NCBI GenBank assembly: GCA_030390025.1
Contig: CM059432.1
Location: 124,436,001 to 124,500,000 of the forward strand
Length of the DNA: 64,000 nucleotides
Direction of reading: 5' to 3'
DNA from: Squalus acanthias
Lineage: Eukaryota
The notes under the pieces: generated by a model
The model's database searches: none
Told to the model about the DNA's origin: nothing
Seen by the model: the letters and a program-made list of their open reading frames with translations, nothing else
In this document: positions 11,875 through 24,538 of the stretch, in pieces
Layout of the letters: each line of letters starts with the position of its first letter
Position numbering within the stretch: position 1 is the stretch's first letter
Position numbers and translations under genes: made by a program

Positions 11875-12193
11875 GGGCAACACGGTAGCATAGTGATTAG
11901 CACTGTTGCCTCACAGCGCCAGGGACCTGGGTTCGAATCCGGCCTCGGGTGACTGTCTGTGTGGAGTTTGCACATTCTCCCCGTGTCTGCGTGGGTTTCC
12001 TCCGGGTGCTCCGGTTTCCTCCCACAGTCCAAAGATGTGCAGGTTAGGTTGATTTGGCTATGATAAATTGACCCTTAGTGTTAGGGGGATTAAATACGTG
12101 GGGTCACAGGGATAGGGTGGGATATGTGTCGGTGCAGGCTCGATGGGCCGAAATGGCCTCTATCTGCACTGTGGGGATTCTGTGATTCTGTGA
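11875..12193 (+). mobile_element. HE1-type V-SINE
   Basis: tRNA head with B box GGTTCGAATCC, V-domain TGTGTGGAGTTTGCACATTCTCCCCGTGTCTGCGTGGGTTTCCTCCGGGTGCTCCGGTTTCCTCCCAC and a CR1-like tail with (GATTCTGT)n. Confidence 0.92.
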
Positions 12194-13091
12194 AGATCCC
12201 AGAGGGTCACCAACGCCTGCGGAATGGTATTCTGGTATGAGTCAATGGAGCGGATTTTCATCTCCGTTGTAACCTGAAAACAGGCACAGACGGGGAACAG
12301 CAGAGCACTAAATCAGATTGAAATCACTTCCATCTGATTTCCACCGATTTCTGGCCCCGGTGGATTTCCTGGTCACTGTAGGTGGGCAGTCGAAGCTCCT
12401 GTCCAAAGCAGGTGGGAGCTTCACTTGCTTATTAAAATGGGGGTGGGGGCATCATGCATGTGATCTCCTGACATACGGATGTTGCAGGACACCCAGTATA
12501 AGCCACACCCAAGAAACTTGGTTTCCAGGACTGCTGTGGGCAGACCTTCCAGTGGAAGGTCATTCAAAGGGCATAGAATGCGAACGTATGTGTTTTGTAT
12601 CACTTTGGGACCATTTATTAACTTTATCTTTTTTTTCCCCCTTACTGGGATTCGCAAATGGGTATCCCAATGAGAATCCTCCAATCCTCAAAGCTGTTTG
12701 GAAGAAAAAAAGGAACTACAGAGCAATGTCTGGCAGATCAGGCTGCCCAAGGGGTGGTCCGCGCCCTCCCACTGGGACCCACACACCTGCATCTGCAGAA
12801 ACAAGTGAAGTTACCCCACTTTGGCAGATGCTGTGCTGGTGGAGGCATCTCTCCCCAAAGAAAGCTGCACCACCAGACATTTGATGGTGTCACAATGATA
12901 TGTGAATGCCTGAGTAACCGTTATGTATGTCAGCCTTTATGTGGTGTTGCAAGAAAGAAGGCATTGCCGGATTACTGCAACCACCAAGATTCCACAAAGC
13001 ACACCTATCGAGAAAAGACAGTGATGATCTATCTGCTCAAGGTCTAGGTCAGAAGAGAGGCAGGTACAAAGCTTTGCCATCTGCTGCAAGG

Positions 13092-14147
13092 ACATCGGTA
13101 CTGGTTGTGGTGGTTGAAGGTCAATCATCACAGCCCCAGGATATCGCTGCAGGAGTTCCTCAGGGCAGTGTCCTAGGCCCAACCATCTTCAGCTGCTTCA
13201 TCAATGACCTTCCCTCCAACATAAGGTCAGAAATGGGGATGTTCGCTGATGACTGCACAGTGTTCAGCGCCATTCACAACTCCTCAGATAATGAAGCAGT
13301 CCATGCCCACACGCAACAAGACCTGGACGACGTTCAGGCTTGGGCTGATAATTGAAAGGTAATATTCACGCCACAGAAGTGCCAGGCAATGACTATCTCC
13401 AACAAGCGAGAGTCTAACCACCGCCCCTTGACATTCAACAGCATTACCATCACCAAATCCCCCACCATCAACATCCTGGGGGTCAACATTGACCAGAAAC
13501 TTAACTGGACCAGCCACATAAATACTGTGGCAACAAGAACAGGTCAGCGGCTAGGTATTCTGCAGCGAGTGTCTCACCTCCTGACTCCCCAAAGCCTTTC
13601 CACCATCTACAAGGCACAAGTAAGGAGTGTGATGGAATACTCTCCACTTGCCTGGATGAGTGCAGCTCCAACAACACTCAAGAAGCTCGACACCATCCAG
13701 GTCAAAGCAGCCTGCTTGACTGGCAACCCATCCACCTCCTTAAACATTCACTCCCTCCACCACCGGCGTACCGTAGCTGCAGTGTGTACCACCTACAAGA
13801 TGCACTGCAGCAACTCGCCAAGGCTTCTTTGGCAGCACCTCTCAAACCCGCGACCTCTTCTACCTAGAAGGACAAGGGCAGCAGGCGCATGGGAACACCA
13901 CCACCTCCAAGTTCCCCTCTAAGTCACACACCATCCTGACTTGGAAATATATCGCCGATCCTTCATCGGCGCTGGGTCAAAATCCTAGAACTCCCTCCCT
14001 AACAGCACTGTGGGAGTACCTTCACCGCACGGACAGCAGCGGTTCAAGAAGGCGGCTCACCACCACCTTCTCAAGGGCAACTAGGGATGGGCAATAAATG
14101 CTGGCCTTGCCAGCGACACCCACATCCCATAAACGAATAACAAAAAA
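13092..14147 (+). mobile_element. 5'-truncated non-LTR retrotransposon of the CR1/L2 group
   Basis: AGVPQGSVLGP..FINDLP..MFADD, ILGVNID, YKAQVRSVMEYS; AATAAA and an A-rich tail. Confidence 0.88.
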
Positions 14148-14481
14148 CTACCATGCAACAAAAGGCTGTTACATACAATGACAGTAACTGTCAGCCCGGC
14201 GTGAAACTTGACTCGATCTCCATACAGGCATGTTACTCCTCAATTAACTAGCAGCGATATCATCACAATCTATTTTTAAAGCTTCAATGAGACCACCATT
14301 TTTATAGGTTTTCACGAAATTTCAGCCAGAAAATGAAATATCCTTTTGCCTGATTTCGCACCACAATTTCTTGAAAAGTAATGACCACAAAAATTCCCAG
14401 GAAGTTAAAAAAAAATCCACAAAAGTACCGAGTAAGCTGCAAACAGACTAACTGTGCATTACCAGTTCTCTTCCAGTTTCA

Positions 14482-15100
<619 letters not shown>

Positions 15101-16285
15101 CTACAGCAACAGAACCTATTGTTGGCAAACAATTGAGAAATAAATGTTTAAAAAGAACTTTACAACCCACTAATGAAAGTGCGGCCAGCAATATAATTAT
15201 ACAGTATGAGCATTTATGGATGGTCCAGTATTTCAGTAAATGGCAATACTTCACATTAGTTTGAGTATGTCATTTAGAAATGTTCCTATAACAGTATCTG
15301 CCAAGCTGTCAATTAGCCAACCAGTTTCAAATAGTCTGCTCCACCCAGAGTGCTGAACAGACATCCTAAAGCGCTTCACAGCCAATTCAATAATTTGAAA
15401 TGTAGTGACTATAAGAGCTGGGGAGTGGAACTAATTGGATAGCTTTTTCAAAGAGCCAGCACAGGCACGATGGGCCAAATGGCCTCCTCCTGTGCTGTAA
15501 GAGTTTAGGATTCTATGATTTGCTGTATATTTTGGCATGGGTATCTTATGAGCTTATGTAAGAAAGTTTATTATTCTATTGTGTGCCAAATCAGATGTTA
15601 CATGGTCTAAACCTTACCAGACAAAGGAAGCAACCTGCACCCCCGGAGAACTGGTACATTTTTTTTAAAGTCTATTATTCGCCATTGTAAAATCGTTTCT
15701 CTGAGGGGCGTGTGGACAATCACCACCACCCCCCACGCTGCCACCACCCCCCCCACCCCCCCCATCCCCCAACCCCCACCTCCAACCAGGTCAGAGCAAG
15801 TACCAGCGTTACTGGCCTTTCTGGGCTGATGGCCATCTGAGATGCCTCCATTGTCAAGGGGCAAATGAGCTGCCCTCCCACTGATCTAACATATTGCAGA
15901 GGGATCCCTGATGCCGCAATCCCGGCATAACTGTCAGCATCGCAGCCAGTGCAAATTCCGGGCCAATTCACCTGGTCCCATTTGTGTTTTTTACTTTTTA
16001 TGTAAACTGTGCCTCCATTGAACAAAATAGCAATAATGAGAACAATTTGGTATAAATTTATCAGCTTTGCATGCTTTATGAAGAATTATATGAATTCACT
16101 GACCCTAGTCTCCCAGCAGGGTGCCCCACTTGAAGGCAGCACAGGTTGGAGAATCGATGATAGCCTTGTGGCATTAACTCTAACCTGTGCTCCCTGGAGT
16201 ACAGCTTCCTCCGGGGAGCACAGGTCACTGAATACACCCATATATAGCTAGACTTTGAAGCAGCTGAAAACATAACAAAGATCTT

Positions 16286-18203
16286 GGGCTGGATTTTCCA
16301 AGCCCCGAGGAGGCGGGCATGGAGGCGGGACTGACGGTAAATTCGGAGAAAGTGGGGGCGGATGGCAAACCCGCCCCCATCCTGCCTCCGTGTCCTTTTG
16401 CCAGGAGGCGGGAAGATGTGCAGCTTCGGGTCCCGTCTCCTGGAGGCGGGAAAGGCATTTAATCCTTTTAACTGCTTCTTAACAGGTAGTTAACAGGCAG
16501 AAAAAAGGATTAGTGTCATTTTACCTTCACAGGTGAAGGCTTCCTGACCTCGGAGAACCCCGCCAGGTTGGAGGAGTCGTGGAGGAGGTCCGTGGTGGTC
16601 AGAGGCACCTGGAAGTAAGATGTAGAGGTGAGTGATGGGTGCAAGTGTGGCGTGGTAAGTATGCAAGGTGAGTGATAAGTTTTTAAAAATGTTCACTTAC
16701 CTTGTTTTCTTCCTACAGCCTTCAGCCGTGCTGGATCGGGAGAGCCAACATCCTCCTTGTCAATTTCACAGACTGGCTGTTGGCACCTCCGAACCAACAG
16801 CCATGTGAAATTTACAAAGTTGAAAGGTTTGATGAGTCGTGAACACAAGGTCTTGCTTTCCATCCACATCCTGTTCATTGCAGCCTTGAATCTCGGCCTG
16901 GAGAGACTTGCACATCAAATGTGCTGGAAAGAACAATGGAGAGTACCAGGCAAAGAGCTCAGAGTGCAGCTCCCACAGTCTCTGCTAAATCGATACAAGG
17001 AATGGCAAATCAAAATGAACCTGCAAAGTGCTGCTCAGTACCCAAAACTCCTTCACACAACGTTGAATCTCTCCAGAAGTCTCTCCCTCTCTCTCTCAGA
17101 ATGCGTAGTTCAAAAATGCCACCAACAATAAAAGACAGGAAGAGGCCCCCTTTAAATAGCGCCCCCCCCAGCCCCACAGCGATTGATAGCGTTCCAGTCT
17201 TCTGGTCGTTGGATGCGCCAGGCGGTAAGGCAGGGGGCGCCACTCAATTTCCGCTCCGGGGCGCCACAAGGGCGTTGCACCATGGAATGACGTCACAATC
17301 TGCGCGCGCAGATGGTCGCAGCGGTAAAGTTTAGCGCCGCCGCACAATGTCTAGTTAAGTTCCCGAGCGGCGCAAACATCGCTGCGCCCGGGCGTTAGCG
17401 GCTTTGCGCCCCATTAGCGCCCTCTTAAGGCGCTAACGGGAGGCGCAACCAACTGAATTTTTACCCCAAGGACTCATCAAACTAAAGAGAATGTCAATGT
17501 TTGACAGCTTCACAGAGCTGTCAAACGCTGACATTTCTTCTTTCAAGAAGTCTTGACAGATAGCACGTCTGACATTGACGTTGGTGTGAGTAAGGATGTG
17601 TAGGAGTAGGGTAGGGAAGGCAGAGTGATGGGGATGTGATGAGTGACACAGCAGGATGAGGTTGAGTGTGGCTTTGCAGTAACGTTTCGTGATCTACTGA
17701 GATCATTGAAAGGTTTGCACCATTGCAGCCTGGTCCCCTGACGACATCCCTGCTTATGCCCTCCTGTGCAATGTGCAACCAGGCTGTGTTGGTCTACTAG
17801 GAAGGTCTCTTCCACCCATGGGAAAGGAAGAGGACCTCCCTGTGTGCTGTGACTCCCTCCATAAGCATATGGAGGGAGTCATGGGAGAGCCTGGGTGCAG
17901 CCGTGCACCTCTGTGCAGTGCTTGTCAGTGTTTGCAGCACCTCAATGCTGTACAACACTGACAGCACAAATGTCAAAATTAATTTGCGCATGGTCCCTTT
18001 AAGGAAACTGGCTGATGTCGCGTCATCAAATGATGTCATCAGACCCGCTTCCATCAATTGGACCGGGAAACGCGCTGGGTGGGCTTAGCAAGCCCAATCA
18101 GGGGAAATTCATTCTAGAGAGCGGGCCAGAGCCAGCAGCGTGGTCGGGATCCGTCTCCAGCGTCGCCCACCATGGACCCGCCGAGGTTGGTAAAATCGCA
18201 GCC
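16286..18203. mobile_element. Composite non-autonomous Harbinger with a nested MITE fragment (16850-17467) and a Myb exon-1 remnant (~17690-17920, minus)
   Basis: Left TIR GGGCTGGATTTT is identical to that at 37119. It is collinear with 41897-42729. AAG is duplicated around the nested piece, which matches 49286-50071. Peptide AAPRLSHDSLHMLMEGVTAHREVLF. Confidence 0.7.
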
Positions 18204-18304
18204 GATGTGTTTATCCCTCAGTATAACCAAGATTAACAAGTACTGGCTCCTGAGAGTAAGGTAGTTGTATACTAGACCCATCTTTTGTTTCTTCACTTGT
18301 CCTA

Positions 18305-19153
18305 GACCCAGCAGAAATTTTCTCCAATCAAATATTGGGAAGACCGAAACCGTTGTTTTCAGTCCCCGCCATAAACTCCGTTCCCTAGCCACTGACTCCG
18401 TCCCTCTCCCTAACATCTGCCTGAGGCTGAACCACACTGTTCGCAACCTTGGTGTCATATTTGACCCTGAAATGAGCTTCCGACCACATATCCACGGTAT
18501 AACTAAGACCGCCTATTTCCACCCCCCTAACATCACCCGTCTCCGTCCCTGCCTCAGCTCATCCATGCCTTTGTTACCTCTAGACTTGACTATTCCAATG
18601 CACTCCTGGCTGGCCTATGTTCTACCCTACGTAAACTTGAGGTCATCCAAAACTCGGCTGCCCCTGTCCTAACTCGCATCCTGTTCACCCAGCACCCCTG
18701 TGCTCGCTGACCTATATTGGCTCCCAGTTAAGCAATGCCTCGATTTCAAAATTCTCATCCTTGTTTTCAAATCCCTTCATGGCCTCGCCCCTCCCTATCT
18801 CTGTAATCTCCTTCAGCCCCCCCCCCCCACCCCCGCTAGATATCTGCGCTCCTCTAATTCTGCCCTCTTGAGCATTCCTGATTATAATCGCTCAACCTTT
18901 GGTGGCCGTGCCTTCTGTTGCCTAGGCCCTAAGCTCTGGAATTCCCTCCCTAAACTTCTCCGCCTCTCTACCTCTCTTTCCTCCTTTAAGACGCTCCTTA
19001 AAACCTACCTCTTTGACCAAGCTTTTGGTCACCTGCCCTAATTTCTCCTTATGTGGCGCGGTGTCAAATTTTTGTCTAATAACACTCCTGTGATATGCCT
19101 TGGGATGTTTTACGACGTTAAAGACGCTATATAAATACAAGTTGTTGTTGTTG
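18305..19153 (+). mobile_element. L2 LINE 3' fragment
   Basis: NIGKTE..VRNLGVIFD, LYWLPVKQCLDFKILILVFKSLHGLAPPYL, GPKLWNSLP, FKTLLKTYLF; (TTG)n tail. Confidence 0.9.
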
Positions 19154-19159
19154 TTTTTT

Positions 19160-19440
19160 TGTTTCTTTACTTATCCCATTACCACCCTCTTATTCCTTGC
19201 CCCATCATACCTTTTGTCATTCAATCACTCCTGCCTTCCACCCTATCTATCACAGCCCTTCCCTTTTGCTCTTTCTTCCCCTCCCCTCCTTTCCCTGTCC
19301 CTGCACTTGCTTAAAACCTGTTAGATTTCTAACCTTTGCCAGTTCTGATGAAAGGTCAATGACCTGAAACGTCAACTCTGTTTCTCTCTCCACCGATGCT
19401 GCCTGGCCTGCTGAGTATTTCCAGCACTTTCTGTTTTTAG
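19160..19440 (+). mobile_element. Penelope pLTR fragment
   Basis: Similar to 8830-9100, including TGCTGCCTGGCCTGCTGAGTATTTCCAGCA. Confidence 0.8.
19341..19377 (+). ncRNA. Minimal hammerhead ribozyme motif with a GUC cleavage triplet
   Basis: AGTT CTGATGA A AGGTC-AAT-GACCT GAAAC GTC AACT. Confidence 0.82.
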
Positions 19441-21008
19441 TTGTGTCCTTATGGTTTAGTGGATCTATAAATCCAATTCCCTAGAGATCTGGGAATTCTG
19501 AGCTCCAAAATATCAGTTTCTATAGTGGTCCAGTAGGTCTATTCACACACTCCACTAGTGGTCAGAACCATCCCTCTAGAACATCCATTTCCTTGGTGGC
19601 CTGGGAGGGAACTCTCCTCCCTCACATCTCTTGCCGTTTGGTTTGGTGTTCTGGATTCGAAATTCAGACCATTAAATAAAATTAGAAAAGGTAGGAAAGA
19701 ATCAGAATCAAAATTTAAATCAAATCAACTCAAATGTTCCTTCCTACAGGTCTGTGGCTGGTCTGGGGAGACTGCAGCAAATTTTCCAAATCTTAAATGC
19801 AGACCTCCCAGGCAATTAATCAAAGCTGCAATTACAAGAAATATTGTCAGGCAAACTGGCGAGATCAGCATGGGCCACCGCATGCTGATATAGAAGAGGA
19901 GAATAAGAGGCCCTGCACATTCAGAAAATAAATGGACTTGAAGTAGTTATTTTACACTTGTCTCACAGTCTACCTTCCTTCTTATGCCAATGGTATGGCC
20001 TACTCTTCTGAAAGCTGTACTGTGAGTTTCATATGAAGTTATATTGGCCTGATGACATTTTAAAAGCAAACTAATTGGTAGAAATCATGCTTGATCTGTC
20101 TTTCTGGCATACTGTCCAAGTGAACAAATATCAAGGTGCCCTGACTCGACAATAGATGCAATGACCTGAGACAAGCAATGTGATGTGGACATCTGGAGAT
20201 GTCTCCTGCAGGCAAATGAAATCAGCCATAACCAATAATGCTCATTGCCAGCTTGACCTTTAAATATACAAGCACAAATGACTTCCAGCAGCCCTGATCT
20301 CACAGTCCCTCCTGAGCTCATTATAAAGGTTTAGCATTGCCTGTTTCATCAGTCTGATAACATGATCTTCTCTCTATTTCCAGAAGGTAATCCTATGTTA
20401 GAATACAGGTCTCTAGGTCTTTCTCAGCAAAGGGGTGAAGCCACCTCCCACCTTACTGTCATTTGTGTATGAGGCCAAGAGTAGACATTTGCAACTCTAT
20501 AATAACACAGTGTAGAAATTATACAGTTTGCAGGCAAACAACGGCTGCTCATTCAAATTACAATTCCACGGGTCTGTAGCACTTTGTGAATAATTAATAA
20601 ATGCCAGTTCTTGATGCCACTTCTCAAATAATGAATGTCAGTTATTGATGCCACCTCCAAAAGTCAAATTAAAATATCATAGATATGTTTAGCATACATT
20701 CAATAATAATATGCAAATGATAATTTCTGAAATAAATGAGGTAAACCACTGTTTAGCTGTATAAAAGCTTTGATAACATCCCTCAAAGTTGTGGATTGAC
20801 ACTCAGCAGCACGGTGAATATGAACAACTTTTGAAAAGCAAGAAAATAGTAATTTTAACACTTGCAATCTGTATAATGTCTTCAACAATATATAATCCCA
20901 GCCAAAGCAGTGAAAATTACATTGGATAACTCCTACAAAAAGCAGCTTGACAACTCTTCGGTTAATAACTGAGTTGAATGTTATAAGGATATGTATAGAT
21001 AAATGTGA

Positions 21009-22519
21009 TTAATTATTGTATGATAGGTGCAGGGTATACGCTGCACATGGAGAAGAAAGTGCCTGTGGATTCTCAAGCACCACCTGAGCTCCAGAGTACC
21101 CCTCTTCCATGTTGGCTCCATTATCACAAGCTTGTCCACGACAGAGTTTGAAATCTAATCCGTGTTCAGCTATGGTGTTTTGAATCATCTCAGCTATTTC
21201 CTCGCCAGTCTTCGTGGTAAAGTCTCTGAAGCACAAGAAACGTTCCTGAATCACAATGTTTCCTACAGGTACTTGGTGAATGTATCGGATCGTTCGTGCT
21301 CTCTGTTCCTGGTGGGAGCGGCCTGGTGTTGCATCACAAATGATTGAAAAGTGCTTGGCCTCTTTAACCTCATCTAGGATTGATTTCACGATGTGCCCGG
21401 CGCATTCTTCAGTAAATTCATTGTGGCTCTCAGGTAACAAGTAATGTATTTGAAGTCTTTCATTTCCCGCCTGTGTCTTTTTCATATGATCAACATAGTC
21501 ACTCAAAATCTGATCAGACTTGGCTAAGAATTCAGCAAAACCTAAGAAATTGCCATTGCATTTATCACCCAGCTTGGAGCTTGTGCCTGGGAAATCGAAC
21601 CCCTCGCTCTCCAAGAATCAAAGCGACATCTGAAATACGTTTAAGAATTTCCTTCCACTTTTCTCTTTCATTTGTAAATTTTTTGTCTAGTAATGAGTGG
21701 ATGCTTTTATCACTTTTCAATCTCCTACTTGCATCCATCCCTTTCATATAGCGTTCCTTGCGTGTGTTACTTTCTTCGTGGTCAGGGATTTGCTTATTCA
21801 ACTGCTGCCAGCTGTGATCTGCAGTCCATCCAATTGGCGTGGCTAAGATTGGAAGAAAACTTCGAGTTGCTGCATCCTGGGGGAAAATTCTGCATGGAAT
21901 GCAATCAGCAGCATGCTGCAGCACTGCTGTCCCATCACCTTCAATTTTCCCTCCATTAGGAAGAGTGTAGGAGAGAAGCGCAGAGGGCAACAGCTTTCCT
22001 TTGATATCCCTTTTTGGATGGAATTTTATTTTACAGTTATGAAGTGCAAGTCCGTCTATGTCATCCTGTTTAAGAGGTCCTGCACTTGAAAGAAATTTCG
22101 CAACAGAAACATGATGAGGTGGTTCATCTGTCTCCTCTTTGTGCTCTTCCTGCTCCTGTGCCTCATCTAGTCTAGCAGTAGGAGGATTGCCATCTTCTTC
22201 ATTTTCTTCAGCTTCGGACTCAAACTGGTCCTGTTCTATTTCATTGTCATTGGTACCAGAATCAGATGTGTTGATATTTCACCACACTCTGTCTCTGAAC
22301 TCGCTGCCTCCTCTGATTACTCTGAAGATTTCCCGCTGCACTGAAATGGTTTCCATTATTAAATGATGAAAATTACAAGTTCTTGTTTCCTAAATTCCAT
22401 TCGATTATAATCTATAGCAGATTGTGAAATTGAACTCATTGGCAACAAAGCTCGGCGTTTGGGCATGGACCCCAATGAAGGCGATATACTGAGCCCCTAA
22501 ATTCCTCCTGACGGGTCTG
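21009..22519 (-). mobile_element. Degenerate hAT transposon (Tip100/Zaphod, DUF4371/ZMYM1-like transposase)
   Basis: EREKWKEILKRI..LGERG, NGNFLG, FSIICDATP, IQERFLCF, GQACDNGANM, CAAYTLHL; a possible 5' TIR CAGACCCGTC begins at 22519. Confidence 0.85.
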
Positions 22520-23589
22520 CCTGGACCCCAAGGATTAGGCAATAAAATGTTTTTATTAAAAACCTTTTAAAACACCCCCCTTTGTAACTGGAGACAGATA
22601 TACGTAGTTTCTGGGTGGGCCCCAACATCCTTAGCTGGGCCATTTACACCAGACATTCTGGCATTGTTGAAATGGCAGAAACCTAGATATGTCCCTGTAG
22701 CACAGGTGCCCATCAATGGTAAGCAACTGAAGAGATCTCTCCTGGCCACACAAACCGTGGCAGGGCCAGAGGTAGAGAGGCACTTAAGTCAAGATGTTCC
22801 ACGGATTTTCAGGGCCTCTATTTTTTAGCCTCATTAATACATTTTGCCCCTCTGATATTGGATTAGCACAAATTATGCAGTTTAGATGCATAACATGTAG
22901 GCTGATCTTTCCAAAAGGTATATAAGTTGTAAGGAATTCATCCTCCAAATATATGGGGCAAATGTTCTTTTTTAAATTGACTCAAGGAGACGGAAATTTA
23001 ACAAACCTGCTGGCAGTCTAAGAGTTAATATACTTCTTTGTGTTACATTATGCTTCATGAAGTACCTCACTTTGTTCAATTGTAATAATCTGAGTGAGCC
23101 TTCCACCAGTTGGAGCTCTTATTAACTGCTCAAACTGTCAGATTTGCAATTTTGTACATAATGAAGATCCATGTGATATGACTTATATTCCACTCATAGC
23201 GGCAGCAGCGGGAGCGGCGGACCTGCAAGGGAGCAACGGCTGTGGGTGAAAATAAAGGTTGGTGATTTTCAGGCCCAGTCGAGCGGCAGGAGCGGAGGCA
23301 GAATTCGAGAGTGACGTCACAGTACAGAAAGTGACGCTGGCGCAGGGGAAGCAGCTGATTGGGTGAGTACGGCCAGATGAGTATTTATACTAATCTATAG
23401 TTTGACAGTTAAGGTTAATAGTTTATAAGGTTTAGAAGGTCTTAATTTTGTGGTGTATAGTTGCTAAGGTCTCTGTTCTGTAGCGGGGAGTGCTAGTAAA
23501 CAAGGGCCCTTGAGTATATCATTTAATTGTAGTGTAATTGGTGGTATTGATTTGATTTAATTTAATTTAAATTAATTAAAGGGTAAGTC

Positions 23590-24538
23590 ATGGCAGCACA
23601 GCTCGGCCCCGTGGCATGCTCCTCCTGCACTATGTGGGAAATCAGCGACACTTCCTGTGTCCCTGACGACCATGTGTGTGGGAAGTGTATCCAGCTGCAG
23701 CTACTGGCAGACCGCATTGCAGTGCTGGAGCTGAGAATGGATACATACTGGAGCATTCGCGATGCTGAGGACATCGTAGATAGCACGTTTTGGGAGTTGG
23801 TCACACCGCAGGTAAAGGCTGCACAGGCAGGAAGGGAATGGGTGACCGCCAGGCAGAGTAGTAGGCGCAGGCAGGTAGTGCAGGGGTCCCCTGTGGACAT
23901 CCCCCTCTCAAACAGATATACCGCTTTGGATATTGTTGGGGAGATGGCTTATCGGGGGAAGGCAGCAGCAGCCAACTTCTTGGCACCATGGTGGTTCTGC
24001 TGCACAGGATGGGAGGAAAAAGAACGGGAGAGCTATAGTGATAGGGGATTCTATTGTAAGGGGAATAGATAGGCGTTTCTGCAGCTGCAAACGAGACTCC
24101 AGGATGGTATGTTGCCTCACTGGTGCAAGGGTCAAGGATGTCTCGGAGCGGCTGCAGGGAATTCTGGAGGGGGAAGGTGAACAGCCAGTTGTCGTGGTGC
24201 ATATAGGTACCAACAATATAGGTAAAAAACGGGATGAGGTCCTAAAAGCTGAATATAGGGAGTTAGGAGGTAAATTAAAAAATAAGAACTCAAAGGTAGT
24301 AATCTCAGGATTATTACCAGTGCCACGTGCTAGTCAGAATAGAAATAGAAGGATATTTCAGATAAATACGTGGCTAGAAGAATGGTGCAAGGGGGAGGGA
24401 TTCAAATTTCTGGGACATTGGAACCAGTTCTGGGGGAGGTGGGACCAGTACAAACTGGACAGTTTGCACCTGGGCAGGACCAGGACCAATGTCCTAGGGG
24501 GAGTGTTTGCTAGTGTTGTTGAGGAGGGTTTAAACTAA
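23590..24538 (+). pseudogene. CR1 ORF1: zinc finger, leucine zipper and SGNH esterase, frameshifted
   Basis: CSSC..CGKC, heptad leucines, IGDSIVRG, HIGTNN, DSLHL. Confidence 0.88.

Noticed and set aside
11875..11950. tRNA gene
   Set aside because: The A/B boxes are the head of an HE1 SINE; the same applies to the SacSINE1-like heads.
12318..13090. Cys-rich ORFs of 129-188 aa
   Set aside because: No coherent domain or splice structure; these are probably chance ORFs.
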